A DNA stretch of 64,000 nt from Eledone cirrhosa (taxonomy: Eukaryota): contig OZ024740.1 of the NCBI GenBank assembly GCA_964016885.1, forward strand, positions 135,408,001 through 135,472,000, given 5' to 3'. A model generated the notes under the pieces. The model was not told where the DNA came from. It searched no databases and worked only from the letters and a program-made list of their open reading frames with translations. Both the position numbers and the translations under genes were made by a program. Shown piece after piece: positions 11,660 through 23,344 of this stretch. Position 1 is the first letter of the stretch. Every line of letters starts with the position of its first letter.

Positions 11660-12850
11660 AATTAATCTTATTTGCACACATGCCTTCTAGTAGGTTCTGT
11701 CAGAAGCAACTGTCTCCAGTTGATCTGGCTGGATCACCAAGCAAGACCAGCCAAGCTCAAGGATGTTATTAAACCATCTTGCTCTGGGTTGCCTGCCGGT
11801 TGGCTTTGCTCATAAAATCTGTCCACTGATTCTCTCCTGAGATATTGTAACCATATATTTGTAGTATCAGAATTGTGATCTCTTAATTCAGAGAAGTAGC
11901 AGCTCTACCTGGAGTGACTCTGATCTCTGAGCTACACACTCTATCAAGTAACGTTACTCCAAAAACCCTTCAGAGAAACCTCATGTCAGCCACTTGTATT
12001 TGCAATTGTATTCTTTCAGTTATTAACCACGATTCATGACCATAAGTAAGGGTTGGCTTGAATACCGAACTGAATATAGTGAGTTTGATTCTTACACCTA
12101 CCGCCCTTCTCCTGATGACCGAATTCTGAAGCTGGCACATTATTCCACCAGCTCCGTCAGTTTTTGCACTTAATTCAGTCTCCTGCCTTCCATCACTCTT
12201 GTACTTCTCCACCTGCTTCAGTGGAATTCTACTCACTCGCATTGTGCACTCACAGACTTCCTTTAGAGAATGAGTATCTTGGTCTTCAATGCACTGATTT
12301 TCATTCCAGCTATGCATCACCTGGCATCAAACCTATCACATGCATGCCAGAGATCACCTTTTGACAAGTTAAGTAATACCATGTCATCTTGATACCAATT
12401 CCAACCTGGCTGTCAATCCTGTTCATGAAGATTATGAGCTGGAGAGGTGACAGTATGCACCCTTGGCAGAGTCCACCAACATTGAACAGTTTCTATTTAT
12501 CCTCATTTATCCAAATACAACAGGGCAACAAGAAGCTGTCCTTCGATCCCATACTCCTGCAGAACCTTCCCCAACAAATCCCTTGGAATTCAGTCATATG
12601 CCTTTTCAAGGTTTATGAAACAAGCATACACCTCTTGGCAATACTCCCATGATTTTCTAAACACCTGTCACAGTGTGAATATTTGGTCGGATGTGCTGTG
12701 TCTGTGGTAAAAACCACACTTCATCAGCTAGCTTGGACTCAAAAATATCCCTACATCTCTTTGTCAGACACTTAGTCTAGACTTTGCTAAAGAGGTCCCT
12801 CTATAATTAGAGCAATCCCTCTTTTTGAAAATTGGGATTATCATTCTCGA
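11660..12850 (-). mobile_element. Decayed RTE LINE of a second family (no PHD insertion)
   Basis: Translated remnants GMKISALKTKIL..LKQVEKYK and KLTIFSSVFKPTLTYGHESW...DMRFL. Homologous to 37880-38357 and 47731-48560. Confidence 0.8.
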
Positions 12851-13275
12851 TTGTCATTGATAAGGTACATATAAATGATTTTATTGCATCTATTGCAGTA
12901 TTTTGGTGGTGTTATTCATACCACTCATCAATTTAGAACTTTTCTCAGACTGCCATTACTCACCTCATTGTAGCTACATCACTGGGTTGTGACAGTTTTT
13001 TTTAAAGCTAACAGCCAACACTACTGATTCTGCTAATTCATCATGTAATATTAAAAATAATTCATCATAATCATAATAAACTTCGAATAACAAATGATAA
13101 TTATGTTTTGTTTCGCCGTTCATACCCGAGTATAAAAAAGGAGAGTGGAGAGAGAGAGAAAGAAGTAAAGGTATAAAAGACACAACACAGAATTAACAAT
13201 ACTAACTAAAAATGTTTACATCAATATAACAAATCATCCTCTGGAAATTAGATATTGGTATGTGTGTGTATACAC

Positions 13276-13324
<49 letters not shown>

Positions 13325-14076
13325 CATCATCATCGTCGTTTAACATCCATCTTCCATGTTAGCATGGGTTAGACGGTTTTGTTCCATTTGATGAGGGAAT
13401 GGTCGGGAGACTGTCTCGCTTGCACAGAAGTGTCATATATCTATATATATATATATAAATATGTATACACATATACATATAAGCATATAAATTTTATTAA
13501 CGTTTTTTTTTTGTTTTTTTTAATAGCCTTGTATGGTCATCACTAGTTTCTTGAGATTTCAGTTTTTATAACCTTATAAATATTATGACCACCAGTTTAA
13601 TGTTTAAAAATACATACATACAAGAAAAAACATGTACAAACACATAAGCACACATGCTAATACACACACTCCCTTGTAAAGTTTTGTCAATTTGTATTTA
13701 ATATGAACAACAACAGAACTTCACCTCTTGCACACATTAGCCAATACTTTTAATACCCGACTGCATTCTCAATTCTTTTCCACTTAATGGTGCACATCCA
13801 ACATCAAATTCAACTAATTTCTTTTCAACTTCTTAAAGATATCCACACCTAATGCCCATATCTCATTATCGACTTGTATTAAAGTTTTTAGACATGCAAC
13901 ATACACACAGTTTGACCCCCCCCCCCCTTTTTTTTTAAAATCCTAAATAAAAATGCTTTTCATGGAGAAAAGAATTTAAAAAAAAAAATCTGTTTTAAAA
14001 TTATTGATCAATGTTTTTTAGTTGCAGATCAGCCCTGTTAGTCAAGTGAATAGGTACAATTAACAGATACATAGAT

Positions 14077-15100
14077 CAGGGTTTCCCAACCTGGGCGATT
14101 TCAACTGTTGGGTGGGTGATGAGCAGCTAAACAGAAAATGGTGGGAAATTGGAAATTTTGGTGAGCGATATAGGATTTTGAGTATTAAAAAGGTATTTCA
14201 ACGAATGCTACCTGAAAAAGACCATCAAAGAAGACATGCAAAGAATCTGTATAAAAGTAACAGGAGGCTAAATAGCAATAACTAAGCCACATTCCTAGAT
14301 TAAAGATATTCTTGCAAACAAGGAACATTTTGATATTTTCTATAGTTTTGAAAAGGGTCATTTAATATTTAAATAGTTCTTCGTTTTTTTTTTTTTTCTT
14401 TTTTAATTTTATATAAATCAGATAATGAAAAACCAAGAACAAGTTTGCAAGTAATTTTTTTTTTATTTACATCTGTGCATAAAACATTACTTTGATTAGA
14501 TTTGCGTAGATTTTGAATGCTTCTGTTTTCTCTTTCATGAATTTTCCACATACTCACTCACTTGATGATAAAATGAAGCACAAAATTCGTGCACCATTTA
14601 TAACAGTGAGTGATTTCAACAGTGATTATGTTTTGCACATGCGAAAGTTAAATAGGACTGAAAAAGTATTAGACATTACAAAAATATATATATTCGCTGA
14701 TTTTTTATTAGTTGCTAGCAGTGTATTTAATTATGAACAGAAATTGTTTAAGTTTTTTTCTCATCACTTGCAAACGCTAACCGTAACCATAAAACTAACC
14801 TTGACCATAAAACTAAATCATATCCTTTATAATTAAATTCAATAAATCACAGTTTCAAATGGTTGATTTCACTTTCATATGCTCTTTAATATGGTAGCAT
14901 CAATTGCTGCATAAGTCAGCATTATTTGTTATTAAAACATATTTTTACTACATCATAAAAAGTCAATTTAGGAACCAGTAACAAACTTTTACCAAACATC
15001 TTGCGTATGCTTTTGAATATTTACTATACAGATGGGCAATAAAAAGTTTTTCCATGTCGTGGGCGATGATAAAAAAAAGGTGCAAATTTCCCACCGTAGT
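14077..15100. mobile_element. Possible old hAT-type non-autonomous element
   Basis: Left end cagggtttcccaacctgggcga resembles a hAT TIR. The right end (tgggcgatgataaaaaaaaggtgcaaatttccca) is degenerate and no TSD is confirmed. Confidence 0.35.
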
Positions 15101-15959
15101 TCAGGCCTATATTGTGCAGTGGTTTATTATATGCAGTGTGGCAGTAAATACATGATGCTTTTTTTCTTGTATGCCTGTTGTCATTGTTCAAACCCTCCCG
15201 CATCCCAGTCAGCCCTGAACAAGCTGACTAATGACCAAATGCATCCAGTCTATATCATTCAGTGTGTTCTTTTCTTCAAGATTCTATAGTGTCGTTGCAG
15301 GGAAATTTGATTGCTATTTCCAGCAGATCAAGCAACTGTATAGAGGCATTCATTGGTTCTTTTGAATGCCTATAAGTTGTATTGATGGCCACAACAGAGG
15401 ATTGGGGCACCAATCATTAAAACACTAAGAGAGCTCCTATGATATGTAACCTCATAGTAGGTTAACTAAACCTACCCAGATGTGAGTTGTAACAATAACA
15501 ACACAGAAAAGGTAGGAAAGTAGGTTTTGGTTGGTGAGTTGTTGCTCTGCACAATGTTTGGAACTAATGTAGTTATAGAGATGACTCTGCTATATGTTTG
15601 TGTCTATCATCATCATCATTTAACGTCTATCTTCCATGCTGTTTTTTTAATGTTTATCTGGATTGAGTTGGAGGAATAGTGTTCTGAAAATGTTATAGTA
15701 ATAATTTTATAGATGTATACTGGTATTGTATAAAGTACTCAATACATCAGAAGATAGTGTGTGTTGTTTATTGTATTCATATATTAGTTTCAATAATTAA
15801 TTCCATTTCAATTTTATCAGATTCCTTATGAATCAAAATGGAATTAATTCTGTAAAGCTAATGACAAAAGTATGCAACAGGTAGGGTTGGCTGTACTGGA
15901 AATGACCTGTCCAAACTAGGCAAATGGCTATAAAAGAATGATGGTGATTGATATATATA

Positions 15960-16961
15960 TTCTGAGGACTTTCCCAGGAATAACTTGAATTAGTCTGGAA
16001 GCTTAAACAACAGAATATAGAACACTCCTTATCCTGGTCCATAATTTGCTCAGCCCAGCCATATAACGGCAACACTGGTGTATGTAATTTGTGTATAACT
16101 GAAACCTTTAATATTATTAGAGGTGGCCCCCTATTAATCAATAGGAGAGCGGACCTTTTCAGCAACTGCCAACATAGAACCTCGAAAACCTTCCGTAGGA
16201 TTTTTGGAAAGTAACCTACCACTAACTCCTCCCTCTCTACCTTAGCCATAGAGTTCTCTCAATTAGCAAAAAACAGACAATCACACACTCAGGTAGTTAG
16301 ACAGCGAAGATCGTTTGCGCGCTTACAAACGGTACTCGGCCTGTTTCCACAGAGTTCTCACAGCTGAGTGCACATTAGAATACCTAGTTAGTAAATAGTT
16401 AGAAAGATTACACACTCAGGTAAGACCGATTATGCGCATTCACCATTACTTTGGAATACTCTAACCATTGGGTTCTCTCAGTTAGGATATAGCTAGGCGT
16501 ATTACATACTCAGTTAAGACTAATTACGCTATCTATACATAACTCTACACACAGTACCCGGTTTCTTTTGACACTGAGTTCCCACAGTTATTACTGGTCA
16601 TGTTCCTATCGATTGAACACTACACTAGGTTTTGATCCGTGATCATCTAACCTGTGAGTGAACGCCGTTAATTTTCTCCCTCATATCAAGGATTTGAAGA
16701 CAATTCATTTTCACCTGACGAGATCAGTGATAATCGATCATGGCTACGCGATCGATCTATCTCTTATTGAAACATGTGTCATGATTAAAATGATTGGAAA
16801 ATTATACCATGCCTCCGGATCTTTATTTTGATACAAATACTCCGCTTTACATCATCTAGCTGTTCCCATATATGGAATTGGAGATATACAAAAGCGTGGA
16901 GAACTTAATATTGCTAACAAAAATTTTATTGGACCGTTTGACACAACCAATAATACACCTT

Positions 16962-16965
<4 letters not shown>
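15960..16965 (+). mobile_element. 5'-truncated Penelope-like element (second family): GIY-YIG C-terminus + 3' UTR
   Basis: 15987-16214 translates as ELVWKLKQQNIEHSLSWSIICSAQPYNGNTGVCNLCITETFNIIRGGPLLINRRADLFSNCQHRTSKTFRRIFGK*, aligning with the end of ORF 7653..8126 (absent from the ORF track). A hammerhead lies downstream and (TA)n on both sides. Confidence 0.88.
16706..16790 (+). ncRNA. Type I hammerhead ribozyme motif
   Basis: ucac CUGACGA (16715-21) - 47-nt stem II containing the aucgauc/gaucgau hairpin - GAAAC AUGU GUC (16769-80) auga. The first stem I pair is a C-A mismatch. AUUAAA follows. Confidence 0.65.
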
Positions 16966-16993
<28 letters not shown>

Positions 16994-17000
<7 letters not shown>

Positions 17001-17232
17001 ACTAGAAATTGATTAACATATAAATAAACATGAATAATCACAGAAGATAATTTTTACAAGTGTGTAAAATTATCTCCTGTGATTATTCATATTTATTTAT
17101 ATGTTAATCAATTTCTAGTTATTATAAAATGCTCGGACCTATTCGTTAGAATCTTAGAGCTTATTTTGCGGGTGATATGGCGCATGTCTTTCTGGCATGA
17201 CACCCATAATTTTGATTATCTTAATTTTGGAT
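16994..17232. mobile_element. Fold-back mini-insertion (near-perfect ~133-bp hairpin + ~105-bp tail) in (TA)n; probable PLE 3' remnant
   Basis: 16994-17057 and 17064-17126 are inverted repeats. A unique tail follows, and (TA)n flanks both sides. Confidence 0.6.
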
Positions 17233-17245
17233 ATATATATATATA

Positions 17246-19168
17246 TCATCATCATCATCACCATCGTTTAACGTCCATGTTCCACGCTTGCATGGGTTTA
17301 GATGGGAGTTTTCCCACTTGAGGCAAGAGTGGTTGTCTTGCTCGCATAGGACTGTCTGGCGGATTTTCTACAGCTGGATGCCCTTCCTAACACCAACCAC
17401 ATTTACAGTGTGGGGCTGGGAGTTTTTACCGTGTTGCCTACATGGCCACATTACAGCGTGGACTGTCTGGCGGGTTTTCTACAGCTGGATGCTCTTCCTA
17501 ACACCAACCACATTTACAGTGTGGGGCTGGGAGGTTTTTACCGTGTTGCCTACACGGCCACATTACAGCGTGGACTGTGTGTTTTTTTGTCGTGACACCT
17601 ACACGATCTCATTTGTTTCGGCCTGGATGTTGTGGCACCAACATAACTTTACATTGAAAGGGGCGGTGTGGATGGGGGGGGGGGGGGGGGAGGTGTATTT
17701 TGTTAGAGATGCCTACTAACTGTAGTAGGTTTTACTTTGTATTTAGGTAAGGCAGGTCTTCTCTATTACTGAGTACCGCCAAAGATCTTGGTCCAGTAAC
17801 ATTGTCTTGGAGAGGTGTAAGTGTGTGAGGTCAGAATTTATCAGGTCGTCCCAGGTTTTTCTGGGTCTGCCTATTCCGTGGCTGCCATCTATCTTTATTG
17901 CCCTGCACTTTTTTATACAGCTGTCGTCTTTCATGCGCATCACGTGACCATACCAACGTAGCCTTCTCTCGAGTAAACAACATCTGATCCCTCTTATTTC
18001 TAATTTTTCCCTTAGTTCGTTTATGCTTTGCCGTTCACATATATTACTATTACACATCCAGCGGAGCATGCAAGCTTCGTTCCTCTCTAGTCTGCGTATA
18101 TCCTCTGCACACAATGCCCAGGTCTCACTGCCATGCAACATTGCTGTTCGTATGCAGGCATCATACAACCTGCCTTTCATTTTTAGGGAGAACCCTTTAG
18201 CGGCTAATAGTGGTATAAGCTCTCTGAACTTTTTCCATCCAGTTCTGACTCTAGCTACTGTACTTTCAGAGCACCCTCCCCCACTGCTTATTTTGTCACC
18301 CAGGTAACGGAAGCTGTCCACTATTTCTATAGAACCCTCTGCGCAATTGAAAGAGCTAGTATTTTGTGGGCACTTGCTGCTACTTATTGCACCAGAGCAC
18401 CGGCCACATGTAAAATCTATGTTCTTAGTTAGCTTACCTGTGATCCCACTACATACATCTTTTATGCACCCATACTTTGCATTTGGGACATAAAATGGAG
18501 TTTCTACCTACGCCTTTGCTACACACTGAGCATGGCCATTTCCCGGAAGGGACTGGCGCCTTATTTTCTTTCCTACAAACTAGAACTTTAGTCTTAGCCA
18601 GGTTAATTTTAAGGCCTTTTGATTCTAGGCCGTGCTTCCATGTTTGGAATTTCTTCTCTAGCTCGGCCATTGATTCAACTATGAGCGTTAGATCATCTGC
18701 ATATAGGAGTTCCCTTGGGCAGCCGGTCTTGAACTCCACTGTTATAGCCTGAAGGGCAATAATAAATAGTAGGGGGCTAAGAACAGAGCCCTGATGAACA
18801 CCAACTTTTACGCTAAACTCTTCACTATATTCGTTGTTAATTCTAACCTTGCTGACTGTTTCTTTAAACATGGCTTGTATAGCTCTCACAAGCCATTCGT
18901 CAACACCTAGTTTTCTAAGAGCCCACCAGATAATGGAACGGGGGACTCTGTCGAAGGCTTTCTCCAAGTCGACAAAAGCTAAGTATAGGGGTTTACTTTT
19001 AGCTAGGTACTTCTCCTGTAGTTGTCGTACAATGAAAAGAGCGTCTGTGATACTTTTGCCTGACACAAACCCAAACTGCATTTCATCTAGATCAATTCTC
19101 TCTCTGATTAGTTGCGCTATTACTTTTTCCGTGACCTTCATGATCTGGTCGATTAATTTAATGCCTCT
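17246..19168 (-). mobile_element. 5'-truncated RTE-PHD LINE copy with (GAT)n tail
   Basis: ORFs 18449..19141 and 17743..18321 are nearly identical to copy 1. A 4-bp acat duplication at ~18451-18458 shifts the frame. The 3' UTR has a 110-bp unit x2. Confidence 0.95.
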
Positions 19169-19179
19169 TTAATTACTCC

Positions 19180-19214
<35 letters not shown>

Positions 19215-19218
<4 letters not shown>

Positions 19219-19385
19219 CTGGAACTTCTTATCTAGTTCTTCTATTATTTCATCTTTGAGGGCTAGATAATCAGCATACAGGAGCTCCCACGGGCAACAG
19301 TCTTGAATCCTCCGAGGCCTGGGAGACAATAAACAGGAAGGAACTAAGGACTGAGCCTTGGTGGACCCCCACCTGCACATTAGAC
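19215..19385 (-). mobile_element. Small diverged RTE RT fragment
   Basis: Remnants VGVHQGSVLS and CCPWELLYAD...ELDKKFQT. Confidence 0.65.
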
Positions 19386-20176
19386 TCTGTAAAGAGGTTG
19401 GTGATACGAGGCATATCCAACCTTAGAAAACTTGCCAAACAAAGGGTCGAGAGGACTCATTAGCTGACCTCCCTAGTGTTAGTGATTTACACGATAAACA
19501 CACCCAGTGCACTCTCTAAAGTAGTTGGTGATAGGAGGAAACGCATTCAGCCATAGACAATCTGCCAAAGAAAGGGTGTTTCGAATACATTACAACCTCC
19601 CTAATGCTGGAGTCATGATAGTATGCAGGATTGTATGTTAATGACTTTCAGGCCACTAGCTTGTCTGAGCACTCAGTAAGGTGCAAGAGTGTGAGATGCA
19701 GGCTCCTATTTTAAGTACCAATCTGATCTTCTGGTGACCATCCAACTCTTGCTAGCAGGGAAAGCAGATATTAAACAATGATGATGATACACACACATTT
19801 TATTTATACACTAGTTTTACAGAATTAAATATAAATATCTATAAATAAACAGTTGTTATTTAGATAACTCGAATCATCGTGACTATGGCCATGAGGGGGC
19901 ACTGCCTTCAATGAAAAGATAGAAAATACTAAAAGCTTGTTTGTTTGTTTACATTTTTATTAATATCTCGGAAGGCATGGAAAGAAAGCTATCAGTCTTA
20001 TAGCATCAGTTATATATATATATATATATATTGTTAGGGTCACTGTTATCTTTAGTGGCAGCATTCACAAGTGTACATAAACATATCTTACTAACTCTAC
20101 ATGTCTGTATAAAGCATTCTTAGTCTTGGAAGATCTGCAAAGCAAAGGCCATGAACATCAATCCTTCCTCTGGACT

Positions 20177-20239
<63 letters not shown>

Positions 20240-20609
20240 AAAACAGAAACACATTGTATCTGTGTGTGAGAGGAAGGTGGGTACATACAAAAGTGAAAGC
20301 GTGATTCTGTGTCCAGATGTGTGTGTATGTATATATTGACTGTTGACTCGTTATCGGATATAACCACCTTTTGAACCCCTTGTTCCTGCCCTTCTAACAT
20401 TGTAACATTGTGTTTCCGTATGGGTTCTCATAGTGATGAAGGGATACATTATCATTGCAAGACCGCAACTCCCTTCCCCCAACCACCTACAGTACTTCAT
20501 CAAAGGACGGAACAACATTGGAAATCAAAGAATTTTGACTATGCCTGTCTATACAGCCTCTCTCTGTCTTTCTCTCTCTTCCCTATCAGCCTATCCTGGA
20601 CACTAATAT

Positions 20610-20800
20610 AATTGTTTCTACATTTGGCACAAGGCCAGCAATTATCACAGTGTATTACTGGTACTTTATTTTATCGACCCTGTAAGGATGAAAGGCAAAG
20701 TTAACCGTGGCGGGATTTGAACTTGGACCATAAAGGGCCGTAACTCTTTGCTGCAAAGCATGGCGTCCGACCCTCTACAGATACTGCCAATCCACCGCCT
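20610..20800 (-). mobile_element. tRNA-derived SINE, family B, with 13-bp TSD
   Basis: Minus strand has box A-like tggcagtatctg, box B gttcaaatcc and central gcctttcatccttacagggtcgataaaataaagtaccag. TSD acactaatataat at 20600-20612 and 20803-20815. Confidence 0.88.
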
Positions 20801-21504
20801 GAACACTAATATAATACCTAAGTTTCTATTAGTGTCTACTGGACACTAATAGATTATTATATTCCATCAAGTATGGATTTTCTTGAATGACAATGATAAA
20901 CAAAAATGATACATTTGTGTAACTGGTAACCTAATCTCTCTCTCTCTCTCAATATATTTATAAATGATAGCTGCTGTGTGGAAATTTGAGCATGGTTTGT
21001 TGCTCATCTTGTTTTCATATTTCTGTAGCTCTGAGTAAGGATTACAGTTGAAGTGATCGACATAAATTGATGTGTCATAGCCTTAATTCTTTGGAATCTA
21101 TTACAAAGAGGAAAACAAGCCCAGTTTAGAATTTGGCTCTAGAAAGAAAACTGCTTTGGTAATATTGTGAACTTTCAGGCATTTAGAATAGAAGAAATCC
21201 AAACATAGAATGAATTAATTAGGAATGAGTTGAATTTTGAAATAACCCAGACATGATCAGCAATAAAGACATCTATTATCCAAGGCCCTACCTCTCTGCA
21301 ATAAACTACTGCTTTAAGCTTTTATCTTTAAAGCAACAGTACTATTCTAGAATTTAGTTTTCATTCATGTATTTTTATCAACTGGTTTCTGCCAGCTACT
21401 TCAAACTACTGTTATCTCATCCTATACATACACATATATATATATATGTAAATCTGGAACTAGCTGTTGAAACAGCAAGAGCTAAGCTGTCGGATCCTGA
21501 CCCT

Positions 21505-21552
<48 letters not shown>

Positions 21553-21832
21553 ATGAGATAACAGCAGTTTGAAGTAGCTGGCAGAAAGCAGTTGGTGAGA
21601 ATAGAAAATAGAAGACCAATTTTGATTCAGGAAAGGCCTGCTGATTCCGTGTTATTGTAACGCCATGTCATCCCCAAATGTATGTCTATATATATATATG
21701 CATGTATATGTATATATATATAAAAAATTTGTTTGAATCTAGCTGTTGAAACAGCCAGAGGTCAGCTGTCGGGTTCCTAAATTTTTTCATAATACCCACT
21801 CTACGACCCCAAGTAATGGTTTAACTGGTTTT

Positions 21833-21875
<43 letters not shown>

Positions 21876-22563
21876 TAAAGTGGTCCTTCATCAATGATCT
21901 TCCAACCATCATCGGTATTTCTTCGCTTTAAAGACCATATACCTCCGGTTGGTGCGAGCAACGGCTAAAAAAAGTCATTGGGACACGTAAATAAAGAGGA
22001 CACGAGAGTGTAAACAAACAAAGATGGTGAAGCAACGAAAAGTGAGGAAGAACGAGTCAAGTCCCAAATTTCCATGAATATAAGTTTGGTGAAATCGTGA
22101 ACGAGAGAGAATAAAGACCATCAAACCTGGTTGGAATGTGAGCAAGGAAGGAATTCCGTACAGGTCTAACGGGAGGAAGAAGGAATCTAGTCTGTGAATT
22201 CGGTGAACATAAGTTCTGTGAAATCGTAGACGAGAGAGAGAAAAAAGGCGAACCAGCCTGACCAAGCATGCGAAAGAAAAGAATTACACACAGGTCAAAC
22301 GGGAAGGAAGAGGAGGAGAGGTAGTAACAGAGAGTGAGTGAGTGAGGGGTGAGGAAGAGGCTAACAGAGAGAGTGACTGTTAGAGAGGGTAAAGATACAG
22401 AGAAAGAGGAAGCAGTAAGAACGAAATAGATGGGTCACAGCGGGGGAAAAATGTGTAAATATGAGAATAAACGTGCTGCGTGGTTGCAAATGGGTTACAT
22501 ATATATATATTATATATTATGGAATACTGTTGGCTTCTTGCTACAATAATTTCTATACTTTTC

Positions 22564-22596
<33 letters not shown>

Positions 22597-22599
<3 letters not shown>

Positions 22600-23240
22600 A
22601 ATTACAAAATATGAGGAAATAATAGACAAAAATATATCTATTCTTTGTTGAAAGTCCCGACTGCAGTTTCACCAATCCATGTGCACTGATTTCTGCACTT
22701 TAAAAGTGTATCATCACTGTGAGGTTGATACGGCTTATCAGAAGGGTAGTAAGGTGGACAGTGAGCGAATAACGTATTTGCTAGAAAAAGCAGTTAATAC
22801 ATTCGTGGTTAACTCTACCCTTCTGTGATCGCTGTATCATGTGTTTATCTCTCTCCTTGCCTCTCGAGAAATTCTCACTTGCTACGAAAGAAACAATCCT
22901 TTTTTTTTTACCACTGTATCACGTGTTAATCTCCCCCTCCACCTCTGAGACTTTCTCATTTGCTATAAACGCATCAGGAAACAGTCCTTTTTTCGGAGGG
23001 GTCTCTTGATAAGCCGTATCAACCTCACAGCGATGATGCACTTTTAAAGTGCAGAAATCAGTGCAAACGGATTGGCGAAACTGCAGTCGGGACTTTGAAG
23101 AAAGAAGAGGTATATTTTTGTCTATTATTTCCTCATATTTTGTAATTTGATAAATAGCTCTGATTATGGAGTTGATTTAATTATTTTAGTTATTTTAACT
23201 CTTTTGGTCATCGAGCAAAACTTGTTAAAGCGGACACCAC
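22597..23240 (+). mobile_element. Fold-back PLE-derived mini-element (inverted arms 22597-22740 and 23007-23150, tail to ~23240)
   Basis: The ~144-bp inverted arms contain a hammerhead, and the insertion sits between (TA)n runs. Confidence 0.75.
23001..23093 (+). ncRNA. Type I hammerhead ribozyme with U3-A8 core variant
   Basis: gucuc UUGAUAA gcc..(64-nt stem II)..ggc GAAAC UGCA GUC gggac. Stem I is 5/5 paired (one G-U), stem II closes gcc/ggc, and stem III is the palindrome ACUGCAGU. Confidence 0.8.
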
Positions 23241-23277
23241 GCACACATATACATATGAATATATATGTGTGTATTTC

Positions 23278-23344
<67 letters not shown>

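Noticed and set aside
16246-16640. CRISPR array
   Set aside because: Eukaryotic context, degenerate alternating motifs, irregular spacers and no cas genes. Kept only as a repeat/spacer finding.
21870-22330. Overlapping minus-strand ORFs with a ~130-bp internal duplication
   Set aside because: Probably a fragment of an unidentified repeat; no protein motif could be assigned.
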